From contig OZ245838.1 in the NCBI GenBank assembly GCA_965228735.1, positions 2,848,001-2,912,000 on the forward strand: DNA of 64,000 nt. Direction: 5' to 3'. This document shows, piece after piece, positions 39,501-48,223 of the stretch. Positions within the stretch are counted from its first letter, which is position 1. Every line of letters begins with the position of its first letter. This DNA is from Planctomycetota bacterium. Its GTDB lineage: Bacteria; Planctomycetota; UBA1135; UBA2386. The translations under genes and the position numbers were made by a program. The notes under the pieces are model-generated. The model ran no database searches, was not told the DNA's origin, and worked only from the letters and a program-made list of their open reading frames with translations.

Positions 39501-39838
39501 AAGAGCAGCACGCCGTGCGTGAGCAGCACGAGCGCCGGCACCCAGCCCGCATAGCCGAGCGGACAGACGAACGCGAACGCCAGGTAGTAGCCGACCGCGC
39601 CGCCGAGATTCTCGAGCCCGGCGCTCGGGATGCCCGCGTCGCCGGCGAGTCGAAACGTCGACAACGCCAGCAGCACGTAGAGCGCGAAGCCGCTGAGCCC
39701 GAGCGCGAGCAGCTCGCGGGAGCGTTGCGACAGGCCGGGCTCCGGCACGTCCTCGAGCGGCACGAACTTCGTGCCGCGGCGCTTCTTCGGCTGGTCTTTG
39801 GCGTCGGTGTCGGTCTTCTTGGCTGTCGCGCGGCTCAT
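36596..39838 (-). CDS. ftsK: DNA translocase FtsK with long acidic C-terminal tail
   Basis: Membrane N-terminus, MPHLLIAGTTGSGKS, VIDEFADLM, ATQRPS, DSRVILD, gamma domain LLQRALSVGYTRATRL. Confidence 0.97.
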   Translation of the reverse strand: MSRATAKKTDTDAKDQPKKRRGTKFVPLEDVPEPGLSQRSRELLALGLSGFALYVLLALSTFRLAGDAGIPSAGLENLGGAVGYYLAFAFVCPLGYAGWVPALVLLTHGVLLFIGRRVEKPIIKAVGALAFAMMFAILLAGRAGDAGFSGLTPYSAGGIFGATVSPSLEAAFGGSGRLLIVGFGMLVSLLLVTEWLFSQMLMRALAGGEELWQRVVAWWRERARPALAVEGGAVGMPEQDVADRDGDGAGRSGVRSRRGRTQTAANVDEDEAAEPDAVAEPAVTAVVAPPKSGRRRRRKEIAAEREAAAAAAAAAAAAESEAVESAAAAAVEAVQDPDAAPSAAAKPRSRRSKAAADSGGHVDTATGADAEHDSDAGAPATAAAPSTNGAVAASDGSDPAQNAVAAQLAGDEVEEPTAPAKKPVKIRIVRKRPSKRAPSKSSQQSDLPFDEAYPFPPFELFSEPVQGDIGATSEQLTQGGEAIVAKLANFKVEAEVVAASVGPAVTQYELRLADHIRVNKITTFESDLAAALKAISVRVVAPIPGKDTVGVEVPNEERQKVLMRDLLDQFGRSEDLGIPLYLGKDVAGNPIVEDLARMPHLLIAGTTGSGKSVCINAILLSVLMTRSPAQVKLILVDPKMVELQAYKRVPHLCCDVVTNMKKAPAVLQWAVEEMEHRYTMLSAAGVNHIRSYNRLGQQEVERRIGKALEPDRVQLPYIVIVIDEFADLMNVAQNEVEDSIQRLAQKSRAVGMHVILATQRPSSEVITGIIKANLPCQIAFRVNRRIDSRVILDANGAEKLLGHGDMLYMPPGGGALLRAQGAFVADEELAAVIQHLEEHGQEPQFNRDLVQTQSSSRPSAAKSDELYNDAVEVILGQQRGSATLLQRALSVGYTRATRLLELMEADGLVGPFVGSKSREVMMTLDEWKQREADMADAMADLEGGEEAEYEEVDAEDVIVVEEGEDIEAAVAAAVDAAETVEITADDEDAAADEAEEDEADEGEEEEDEEEDEEEEEEEEEEDEDEDEDLEDEGEEDDEELEDDDEDGEEYEEDEEDEDGEDLEDDELEEDEDEDEDSRDA

Positions 39839-40503
39839 CCGGCTCTCCCGCTTTCGTGCAGCGCGACCGCGGCGTCGACGATGCGGCGCGCGGTCACGGA
39901 CTTGTCCTGGCGCGGCAGTCGCTCGTCGCGACCGTCCGCAAAGCAGAGCACGACCTCGCTGCCCGTGGCATCGATGGCGTCGTGCAGGTTCACCACGACG
40001 AAGTCGAGGTGCTTGTGGCGCAGCTTCTCCCGGCCGCGGGCGATCGCGGCCTGGAGCCCGGCACGGGTCGATTCGAGCGCGAAGCCGACGACGACACGCG
40101 GCGCGGCCGCCCCGCTTGCCTTGCTCGAACCGAGCCCGGCGACGATGTCAGGATTGCGTACCAGGTCGATCTGGATCCGTTCGGCCGCACGCGGCGGCTT
40201 CCCGGCCTTGCGATCGACGGGTCGGTAGTCCGACACCGCGGCGGCCGCGATCGCGACCTCCGCGTGCTCGAACGCCGCGACCGCCGCCCGCTGCATCTCG
40301 AGCGCCGATACCACGGGCACGACCGTCGCCCCGGCCGGCGGCTCGATGGCCACCGGTCCGAGCACGAGGGTCGGCGCGTGACCGGCCGCGAGCGCCGCGG
40401 CAGCGAGCGCACACCCCATGCGGCCCGAGCTACCATTGCTCAGGTACCGAACGTCATCGAGGTACTCGCGGGTCGGACCCGCGGTGATCACGATGGACGC
40501 CAT
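39835..40503 (-). CDS. coaB: Phosphopantothenate-cysteine ligase (stand-alone CoaB domain)
   Basis: ITAGPTREYLDDVRYLSNGSSGRMG, AAAVSDY, VVGFALE; no CoaC domain. Confidence 0.9.
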   Translation of the reverse strand: MASIVITAGPTREYLDDVRYLSNGSSGRMGCALAAAALAAGHAPTLVLGPVAIEPPAGATVVPVVSALEMQRAAVAAFEHAEVAIAAAAVSDYRPVDRKAGKPPRAAERIQIDLVRNPDIVAGLGSSKASGAAAPRVVVGFALESTRAGLQAAIARGREKLRHKHLDFVVVNLHDAIDATGSEVVLCFADGRDERLPRQDKSVTARRIVDAAVALHESGRAG

Positions 40504-40758
40504 GCCCCCGCACAGAGACCAGTATCCGCCACGCGTCCTATCGTAGTAACACGCTCTCGGCAGGGGAGAAAAATCGAATCCTGGGCTCTAGTTGTTGCGA
40601 AACGAAAACGTTGTGCGTTCAGGCTCCGCCTGACTTTGGAAACCACTGCCTTGCCCCCCTCTTCGCAACTCGTCGACGTCCCGTCGACCATCGATCGCCA
40701 GCGCGGCATCCGGACCTCACCCGTCGCCTCTTCCGGTTGGGCCTCTTCCGGTTGGGGC

Positions 40759-42360
40759 GTGACGGCACTGCTGCTGGCCACCGCGCTCCCCACGGCCCTC
40801 AGCGGGTGCTTCTCGCCCGGCTACTACAAGGACTGGGCCGACGACCAGGTCTACGGCATCCTCGCCGACAAGACGGAGGACGTCACCGGCGTCCGCAAGA
40901 CGTTCGACATCGTGCGGCCCGTGGACACGCTGCGGAAGCGCCTGCTCGAGTCCGACGAGCCGGTCAAGCTGACGCTGCTCCAGGCGCTCGACGTCGCGGC
41001 GGAGAACAGCCGTGACTTCCAGCGCCAGAAGGAGCAGCTCTACCTCGCGGCGCTGTCGCTGACGCAGGCCCGCCGGGACTTCCAGTTCGTCTTCGCCGGC
41101 GGCGGCGGAGCGGCCATCGACGGCGTCGACGACGACGTCGCGGACGTGAGCCTCAGCGACGACCTGTCGACCTCGGCCGACACGCCGTCCGGCGGCCGCG
41201 TCGTCGCGGGCTTCGTGCAGACGTTCCTGCGGTCGGTGATCAACGGCGACGGGTTCGACGGCAGCTCGATCCTCAACCTCACGCTGACGCAGCCGCTGAT
41301 GCGGGGCGCGACGCAGCGGATCCGGCAGGAGCCCCTGCGCCAGGCCGAACGGGACGTGGTCTACGCGGTCCGCGCATTCGAGCGCTTCCGCGTGAACTTC
41401 GCCCAGCGGGTCGTCACCGACTACTGGAACCTCGCGGCGCAGATCCGCAACCTCGCGTCGGTCGAGGCCAACCTGCGCAGCCTGACGACGTCGCGCGAGC
41501 GCATCGAGGAGTTGTTCAACGCCGGTCGCTCGACGGTGACCGACTTCGGCCGTGCGCAGCAGAGCGAGTACGGCGCCGATGCCCGCCGCGTCACGGCGAC
41601 CAACCAGCTGCAGGCCTCGCTCGACCGCTTCAAGCTCACGCTCGGTCTGCCGGTCACGGCGGCCGTCGACGTCGACCCGGCCGAGCTCGACACGCTCGTC
41701 GAGCGCGGTGTCACGCCGATCGAACTCGACCAGGACACGGCCATCGGCATCGCGCTCCTGCGGCGCTACGACTACCAGACGGTCGTCGACGAGGTCGCCG
41801 ACGCGGGCCGTCGGATCTACGTCGCCGAGGACGCGCTGCGCTCGTTCCTCGACTTCAACGCGGCCCTCAGCGTGCCGGGCGAGACCGGCAGCAGCCTCAA
41901 CCTCGACTGGTCGCGCGTGAACTGGTCGGCCGGCTTCGACCTCGACCTCGCGCTCGACCGCTTCAGCGAACGCAACGCTTACCGCAGCACGCTCATCAGC
42001 TTCGAGGTGGCCGTGCGCGCTCGCGAACAGTTCGAGGACCAGATCGCGACCGACGTGCGCGCTTCCCTGCGTGACATCGGCACCGCGATCGACAGCTACA
42101 ACATCCAGAAGGTCGCCGTCGATCTCGCGCGCCAGCGCGTCGAAGCCACGACCGACCTCTACGACGCGGGCCGCATCCAGGCGTTCGAGAAGCTCGACGC
42201 CCAGGACGACCTGCTGTCGGCGCAACTCGATCTCACGGCAGCGACGGTCGCCTACGCGGTGGCGCGCCTGCAACTCATGAACGACCTCGAAGGCGTCGCG
42301 CTCGAACCGCGCGGCCTGCGCTTCGATCCCAAGCTGCCGATCCCCGACTCGGCGGAATGA
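40759..42360 (+). CDS. TolC-family outer membrane efflux lipoprotein
   Basis: Lipobox LSGC, LTLTQPLMRG, duplicated helical halves; start uncertain (GTG 40759 or TTG 40651). Confidence 0.88.
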   Translation: MTALLLATALPTALSGCFSPGYYKDWADDQVYGILADKTEDVTGVRKTFDIVRPVDTLRKRLLESDEPVKLTLLQALDVAAENSRDFQRQKEQLYLAALSLTQARRDFQFVFAGGGGAAIDGVDDDVADVSLSDDLSTSADTPSGGRVVAGFVQTFLRSVINGDGFDGSSILNLTLTQPLMRGATQRIRQEPLRQAERDVVYAVRAFERFRVNFAQRVVTDYWNLAAQIRNLASVEANLRSLTTSRERIEELFNAGRSTVTDFGRAQQSEYGADARRVTATNQLQASLDRFKLTLGLPVTAAVDVDPAELDTLVERGVTPIELDQDTAIGIALLRRYDYQTVVDEVADAGRRIYVAEDALRSFLDFNAALSVPGETGSSLNLDWSRVNWSAGFDLDLALDRFSERNAYRSTLISFEVAVRAREQFEDQIATDVRASLRDIGTAIDSYNIQKVAVDLARQRVEATTDLYDAGRIQAFEKLDAQDDLLSAQLDLTAATVAYAVARLQLMNDLEGVALEPRGLRFDPKLPIPDSAE

Positions 42361-42388
42361 CCCGAATCACTCCATTGTGCAACTGAAC

Positions 42389-44659
42389 ATGTCCATCCAA
42401 CGATCGCGCATCGCCGGCCTCCTCGCCGGCGCCGCCGCCCTGGCCGCATGCCAAGGCGAAGACACGACCACGGCGAGCGTGGTCAACACCTACACCGTCA
42501 GCCGCGAGGACCTGCCGATCAACATCAAGGAAGGCGGCGAGCTCGTCGCCGTCAACGAGACGGTCGTGCGCTCGCAGCTCGAAGGCAATGCGACGATCCT
42601 GAGCCTGATTCCGGAGGGCACGGCGGTCCAGAAGGGCGACCTGCTCGTCGAGCTCGACGTTTCCGGCGTCGAGAAGGAACTCGCGTCGCAGGAGATCGCG
42701 GTCGAGAAGGCGCGCAACGCCCTCGAGCAGGCCAAGACGCAGCAGGAGATCCTCGAGAAGCAACTCGAGACGACACGCACGACCGCGGAGTCGCAGCAGA
42801 AGATCGCCGCGATGGAGCTGCAGAAGATGCTCGGCGCCGCGTCCGCGGCCGCCACGGAGGGCAAGAATCGCGACATGATCGCGCGCCTCACGGAGCTCGT
42901 CACGCCGCAGCCCGAAACCGAGATCCCGGCCGTCGCCAACGCCGACAACGGTGACGGCAAGTCGACCGCGGAGCGCAAGTCCGGCGAGATCCTCACGGCC
43001 AACCAGACCGGCAGTCAATCCCAGCGGCGCCCGGTCGACGCCGCAGCGCCCGCAGGCACGCTCATCCAGCAGGTCAAGCCCGAGAATTACGCCGGGCTCG
43101 TCGATACCGCGATCGCGCTGCTCGAGGTGCCCGGCGATCCGAGCGACCCGCTCGAGCGCGACATGGGTGAGATGGCGAACAAGATCCTGCAGCAGGCGGA
43201 CCAGATCCGCCTCGCGATGGCGCAGCTCAAGGTCGCCGAGGACACCGTGTTCCACAGCCGCCGGCTCGCGGCCAAGAAGTTCATCACGCGCAATGAACTC
43301 GAGCGCGACGAGCTCGACTACCAAAGCCAGGCGTCCAAGGTCACGATCGCGTGGAACGACCTCGACCTCCTGATCAACTACACGCTGGAGCGCGACCTGA
43401 TCGAGCTGCGCCAGAACCTCGCGAACGCGAAGCTCGAGGTCGAGCGCGTAATCGCGTCGAACGACGCCGAGCGCAAGAACTCGCAGTTCGACGTCACGGC
43501 CAAGCAGAAGGAGTTCGAGGTCGCGCAGGAACGTCTCGACGTTCTGCGTCGCCAGGTCGACAACGCTGTCATCTACTCGCCGGGCCCGGGCCTCGTCGTC
43601 TACTCGCGGGTATCCCGCGGCCGCGGCGACAGCGAGTCGGTCGAGGAGGGCACGACCGTCCGCGAGCGCCAGCCGATCATCATTCTGCCCGACAACTCCG
43701 AGCTGAAGTGTGAGATCAAGGTCCAGGAGGCCATGATCGACAAGGTTCGGATGGGACTGCCCGCGCTCATCAGCGCCGAGGTCCGGCCCAATGACACGAT
43801 CACGGGTCGCGTGACCTACGTCGCGCCCGTCGCGGACTCCGGCAGCCGCTGGAGCGGCAACGACAAGAAGGTCTATGCCACGCACGTGCTGCTGGACAGC
43901 GGCAAGACGGGCGGCGGCCTGAAGGCCGGCATGAAGGCGTCCGCGACGATCACCGTCGACATGATCGAGGACGTACTCACGGTTCCGATCCAAGCCGTTC
44001 GTCGCGACCGCGCGGTGAACTACGTCTGGCGCCATACTGCGAACGGCCCGGAGGCGGTCGTCGTCGAGGTCGGCGCGCACAACGAAGAGAAGGTCGAGAT
44101 CACGAGCGGCGTCAGTGAGGGCGACCGGGTCTACCGCACGCCGCCCGGTGGTCAGGCCGACCCCAAGTTCCCGCAACCCGAAGCGCCCAAGGTCGACCCG
44201 GCCGAGGTCGAGGCCGCCGCCGCGAAGGCGAAAGCCGAAGGCAACGACGGCGGCGATTGGCGACGCGGCGGAACCGACGGCGATGAGGGCAGCTCGCGCC
44301 GCCGCGGCGGTTCCCGGAAGGCCTACACCGAGATGGATGCGGCCGAGGTCGCCGCCGCCCTGGAGCGCCTTCGCGGCATGGCCGACCGCATGCCGGAGAG
44401 CATGCGCGGCAGCATGACCGGCATCATCCAGGCGCTCGAAGCCAACGATCTGCAGAAGGCGCAGGACCTGTCCGACGCCATGCGGGCTCAGTTCCGCAAC
44501 CGCTCCGGCGGCGGCGACGGCGAACGCAGCGGCCGAGGCGGCGAACGCAGCGGCCGAGGCGGCGAACGCAGCGGCCGAGGCGGCGAACGCAGCGGCCGAG
44601 GCGGCGAACGGGGCGAACGCGGCGGCCGCGATGGCGTGAGCCGCCGCCAGGGAGGCTAG
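42389..44659 (+). CDS. Periplasmic adaptor (MacA/HlyD-like) lipoprotein, unusually long
   Basis: Lipobox LAAC, lipoyl-like EGTAVQKGDLLVELD, IYSPGPGLV, VLTVPIQAV, GVSEGDRV. Confidence 0.9.
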   Translation: MSIQRSRIAGLLAGAAALAACQGEDTTTASVVNTYTVSREDLPINIKEGGELVAVNETVVRSQLEGNATILSLIPEGTAVQKGDLLVELDVSGVEKELASQEIAVEKARNALEQAKTQQEILEKQLETTRTTAESQQKIAAMELQKMLGAASAAATEGKNRDMIARLTELVTPQPETEIPAVANADNGDGKSTAERKSGEILTANQTGSQSQRRPVDAAAPAGTLIQQVKPENYAGLVDTAIALLEVPGDPSDPLERDMGEMANKILQQADQIRLAMAQLKVAEDTVFHSRRLAAKKFITRNELERDELDYQSQASKVTIAWNDLDLLINYTLERDLIELRQNLANAKLEVERVIASNDAERKNSQFDVTAKQKEFEVAQERLDVLRRQVDNAVIYSPGPGLVVYSRVSRGRGDSESVEEGTTVRERQPIIILPDNSELKCEIKVQEAMIDKVRMGLPALISAEVRPNDTITGRVTYVAPVADSGSRWSGNDKKVYATHVLLDSGKTGGGLKAGMKASATITVDMIEDVLTVPIQAVRRDRAVNYVWRHTANGPEAVVVEVGAHNEEKVEITSGVSEGDRVYRTPPGGQADPKFPQPEAPKVDPAEVEAAAAKAKAEGNDGGDWRRGGTDGDEGSSRRRGGSRKAYTEMDAAEVAAALERLRGMADRMPESMRGSMTGIIQALEANDLQKAQDLSDAMRAQFRNRSGGGDGERSGRGGERSGRGGERSGRGGERSGRGGERGERGGRDGVSRRQGG
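44519..44610 (+). repeat. 21-bp perfect tandem repeat x4.4 (GGCGAACGCAGCGGCCGAGGC; encodes GERSGRG)
   Basis: Read directly from the sequence. Confidence 0.95.
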
Positions 44660-44662
44660 GGC

Positions 44663-45439
44663 GTGCAGGCAGCGCAACAGAGCAGCGAGATCCAGGACAG
44701 CGAGATCATCGCCGAGTTCGTCGACGTCCACCGCCACTACAAGATGGGCGACAACGTCGTGCGCGCCCTCAACGGCGTGTCGATGCAGGTCGCGCGCGGC
44801 GACTACCTGACGATCATGGGCCGCTCGGGGTCCGGCAAGAGCACGATGCTCAACCTGCTCGGCTGCCTCGACCGTCCGTCGGCCGGCGAGTACCGAGTCG
44901 GCGGCCGCGACGTGAGCCGCCTCGACGACGACGCGCTCTCCGACGTGCGCGGCCGCGAGATCGGGTTCATCTTCCAGTCGTTCAACCTGATTCCGCAGCT
45001 CACGGTTCTCGAGAACCTCGAAGTGCCGCTGTTCTACCAGGGCCGCGTCGGCCCCGAGTCGCGGAAGAAGGCGGAGTATCTCGCCGATCGCGTCGGCCTC
45101 GGGCAGCGCCTCGAGCACAAGCCGCTCGAGCTCTCGGGCGGTCAGCAGCAGCGCGTCGCGATCGCGCGTGCGCTGATGAACGACCCGCTGTTCCTCCTGG
45201 CGGACGAGGCGACCGGCAACCTCGACAGCAACACCGAGCGCGAGATCCTCGACCTGTTCGACGACCTGCGCAGCGATGGGGTGACCATCGTCATGGTCAC
45301 CCACAACCCGACCGTCGCCAAACGCGCAGACCGCACCCTCTGGCTCAAGGACGGCGAGGTCGAGAAGCTCGTGGAGAACGACGGCGCCAAGCGGCCCGCA
45401 GCCGGCGTCGGCGCGACCGCCGAGGGAGCCGGCGAGTGA
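44663..45439 (+). CDS. ABC transporter ATP-binding protein (MacB/LolD-like)
   Basis: GRSGSGKS, IGFIFQSFNL, LSGGQQQRVAIARAL, LLADEATGNLD. Confidence 0.96.
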   Translation: MQAAQQSSEIQDSEIIAEFVDVHRHYKMGDNVVRALNGVSMQVARGDYLTIMGRSGSGKSTMLNLLGCLDRPSAGEYRVGGRDVSRLDDDALSDVRGREIGFIFQSFNLIPQLTVLENLEVPLFYQGRVGPESRKKAEYLADRVGLGQRLEHKPLELSGGQQQRVAIARALMNDPLFLLADEATGNLDSNTEREILDLFDDLRSDGVTIVMVTHNPTVAKRADRTLWLKDGEVEKLVENDGAKRPAAGVGATAEGAGE

Positions 45440-46707
45440 TCCTCCGCGACAGTTGGCGCATCGTCCGCCTCGGGCTCAAGAGCCTGATGTTGCACAAGCT
45501 GCGCAGCTCGCTCACCACGGCCGGCATCCTCTTCGGTGTGGCGTCGGTGATCGCCATGCTCGCCGTCGGCGAGGGGGCCAAGGTCGAGGCGCTCGAGCGC
45601 TTCAAGGACATGGGCGTCACCAACCTGATCGCCCGCAGCAAGAAGCCCGCCGAGAGTCTGTCGAACAGCCAGAGCTCGGCCTGGATGCCGCTGGCCTACG
45701 GCCTCATGTACGGGGAGGCCGACCTCATCGCGTCCTCGTTGCCCGATGCCACGGTCGTCCGCGTCCGTGAGATCAAGCGGCCGATGATGCGCGGCGAGTT
45801 CTTCCACAGCTCGATCGTCGTGGGCACGGAATCGCGATTCCTCGACGTCACCAACATGACGGTGCGCGAGGGCCGCTGGCTGAGCGACGTCGACAACGCG
45901 CGCCTCGCCAATGTCTGCGTCCTCGGCGCGACGCTCGCGCGCATCCTGTTTCCGCTCGAGAACCCTATGGACCAGACGATCCTCGTGGGCGACGACGATC
46001 GGTATCGGGTGATCGGCGTGCTGGCGGACCAGGGCCGCACCGCGGGTGCCGGCAGCACGCCGTACGACGAGTGTCTGTTCATCCCGATGAAGACGTCGCA
46101 CCGGCGCTTCGGTGTGACTCTGACCAACAGCTCGGGCGGTTCGTTCTCGCGCGAACGCGTCGAACTGCACGAGGTGAAGGTCAAGATGCCGACGTCGGAG
46201 GATGTGGCGGCAGGCGCCCGCATCCTGCGCGATCTCATCGACCGCGAGCACAAGGACCAGAACGACGTCCTGATCACGGTGCCGCTCGAGCTGCTGCAAC
46301 AGGAGGAGGCGAGCAAGAAGATGTTCAACATCGTGCTCGCCGTCATCGCCTCGATCAGCCTGCTCGTCGGCGGCATCGGCATCATGAACGTGATGCTCGC
46401 CACCGTGACGGAGCGGACGCGCGAGATCGGCATCCGCCGGGCGCTGGGCGCCAAGAAGCGGCACATCATCCAGCAGTTCCTCGTCGAATCCGGCGTGCTC
46501 TCCGCGCTCGGCGGCATCGTCGGGGTCGCGCTCGGCGTGGCGCTGCCGTTCCTCATCACGCTGTGGTTCGAGCAGAAGACGATCATCCTGCCGCAGCACG
46601 TCGTGCTCGCGTTCGGGATCTCGGCCGCCGTCGGCGTCGTGTTCGGGATCTATCCCGCCTGGCGCGCCGCGAACATGGACCCGGTCGACGCGCTGCGCCA
46701 CGAGTAG
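45436..46707 (+). CDS. ABC transporter permease (MacB/FtsX family)
   Basis: KLRSSLT, ISLLVGGIGIMNVML..ERTREIGIRRALGA, DPVDALRHE. Confidence 0.96.
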   Translation: MILRDSWRIVRLGLKSLMLHKLRSSLTTAGILFGVASVIAMLAVGEGAKVEALERFKDMGVTNLIARSKKPAESLSNSQSSAWMPLAYGLMYGEADLIASSLPDATVVRVREIKRPMMRGEFFHSSIVVGTESRFLDVTNMTVREGRWLSDVDNARLANVCVLGATLARILFPLENPMDQTILVGDDDRYRVIGVLADQGRTAGAGSTPYDECLFIPMKTSHRRFGVTLTNSSGGSFSRERVELHEVKVKMPTSEDVAAGARILRDLIDREHKDQNDVLITVPLELLQQEEASKKMFNIVLAVIASISLLVGGIGIMNVMLATVTERTREIGIRRALGAKKRHIIQQFLVESGVLSALGGIVGVALGVALPFLITLWFEQKTIILPQHVVLAFGISAAVGVVFGIYPAWRAANMDPVDALRHE

Positions 46708-46744
46708 CCGCGGCGCTCCCGCGGCTCGCCCGGAAGCGGGCGCG

Positions 46745-47836
46745 TCAGGCGACGGCCTGCCACTGCGCGAGCGTGGCGAGGCCGACCTCGACGAGCTCGA
46801 TCGGCACCGTGCCGTCCGCCGCGGCGGCCCGCAAGCCGTCCCGCACGGCAGCGCTGCTCGGTGCCGCGCCGGATATCCGTTCGACGATCGCCGCGACCCG
46901 CACGATCGCTGCCGCCAGGCTGTCGTTCGGTCCGAGATCGGCGAGACTCGAGCCATGCGGCCGGCGCCAGGCCCCTGCGACCACGGCGCTGAGCAGCCAG
47001 AACTCGTCGAGCCCGCGCTCGAGCAACCAGCCCGTGCCCGCGGGTCCGGGCCGATCCGGGTCGATCGCGGCCCCGACATCGTGCAGCAGCGCCGCGCCAC
47101 CGAGGTCGGGCAGGCGTTCGTCGGGCCAACCGGCGACGCGCGCGAACGCGACGGCGAGCACGGCCACGTGCAGACTGCGGTAGAGCAGCACGTCGTCGCG
47201 TTGCAGCAGCATCAGCGGCTCCATTCCGCCGGCGAGACCGAGCATGCGATCGACGACGCCGGCGATCGCGACCTTCGCCTGGTGCGGCGGCATCCAGCTC
47301 GACGAGCCGAGCGCGACGATCAGGTGGTGCTGCAGGAAGATCGATCGCAGACGCGAGTCGGGCGCCTCGTCAGCCACGGCGTGACGTTCGAGCGGCACGG
47401 GCCGATCGACGTCCCGCAGCGAGGTCGTGACCCCAGCAGTGCCGAGCAGGTTGCCGAACGGCGCCATCGGGCCATCCTTGCCACCGCGCGACGCCGCGGC
47501 CTGCGCCCCGGCCCAGCACAGCAGCGCCGGCTCGTCGATCGCTTCATCGAACATGACCTCGCCCACGGAGTGCTCGCGAAACAGCGTCGCGATGCCGTTG
47601 GCTGCGGCGAACACGTCGACGCTCATCGGCAGCATGTGCCCGTTCACGTGCAGCACGCCGCCGACTTCCTGCAGCATGAGGAAGCGCTCCGTGCCGAGCG
47701 CGGCGTGCACCGCGGCGAGCGCGTCCGAGAGGGCGCGCCGAGCGTCGGCGCTCGCAGCCCCGGGGTCGAGGCGCACCGACCCGATCAGCGCCCAGAGCGA
47801 AGTGACGCAGTGCCGGTAGACCTCGTCACCGATCAT
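46745..47836 (-). CDS. Degenerate HD/HD-GYP-like domain protein
   Basis: SLHVAVLAVAFAR..LGGAALLHDVG; the later HH and GYP motifs are not recognisable. Confidence 0.6.
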   Translation of the reverse strand: MIGDEVYRHCVTSLWALIGSVRLDPGAASADARRALSDALAAVHAALGTERFLMLQEVGGVLHVNGHMLPMSVDVFAAANGIATLFREHSVGEVMFDEAIDEPALLCWAGAQAAASRGGKDGPMAPFGNLLGTAGVTTSLRDVDRPVPLERHAVADEAPDSRLRSIFLQHHLIVALGSSSWMPPHQAKVAIAGVVDRMLGLAGGMEPLMLLQRDDVLLYRSLHVAVLAVAFARVAGWPDERLPDLGGAALLHDVGAAIDPDRPGPAGTGWLLERGLDEFWLLSAVVAGAWRRPHGSSLADLGPNDSLAAAIVRVAAIVERISGAAPSSAAVRDGLRAAAADGTVPIELVEVGLATLAQWQAVA

Positions 47837-47844
47837 CGGCGGAC

Positions 47845-48210
47845 TCAGCCGATGTGCTTCTGCACGAGCTCGATCAGTTCGTCGGGCTCGAACGGCTTGC
47901 GGAAGTAGTCCGCAGCGCCGAGGTCGGAGCTCTTCTGATGGCCCTTGTTGTGCTCACGAGCCGTGAAGATGACGACCGGGATCCCGGAGGTCGCGTCTTC
48001 GCGCTTGAGCCGCGACAGCGTCTCCCAGCCGTCGATGCCGGGCATCATGATGTCGAGCAGGACGAGGTCCGGCTTGGCCTCGCGGGCCTTGGCGATGCCG
48101 TCCTCACCGTTCATGGCCGACTCGACACGGAAGCCTGCGGCCTCGAGCACCATCTGGGTCGAGACAATGATCAGCTTCTCGTCTTCGATGATCAGGACTG
48201 TGCGTTCCAT
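47845..48210 (-). CDS. Single-domain response regulator
   Basis: IIEDE, LLDIMMPGIDG, FTA, KPF. Confidence 0.96.
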   Translation of the reverse strand: MERTVLIIEDEKLIIVSTQMVLEAAGFRVESAMNGEDGIAKAREAKPDLVLLDIMMPGIDGWETLSRLKREDATSGIPVVIFTAREHNKGHQKSSDLGAADYFRKPFEPDELIELVQKHIG

Positions 48211-48223
48211 TGCGTGACTCTCT

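Noticed and set aside
44519..44610. Possible CRISPR array
   Set aside because: Contiguous 21-bp repeats with no spacers, in frame within a CDS, and no cas genes.
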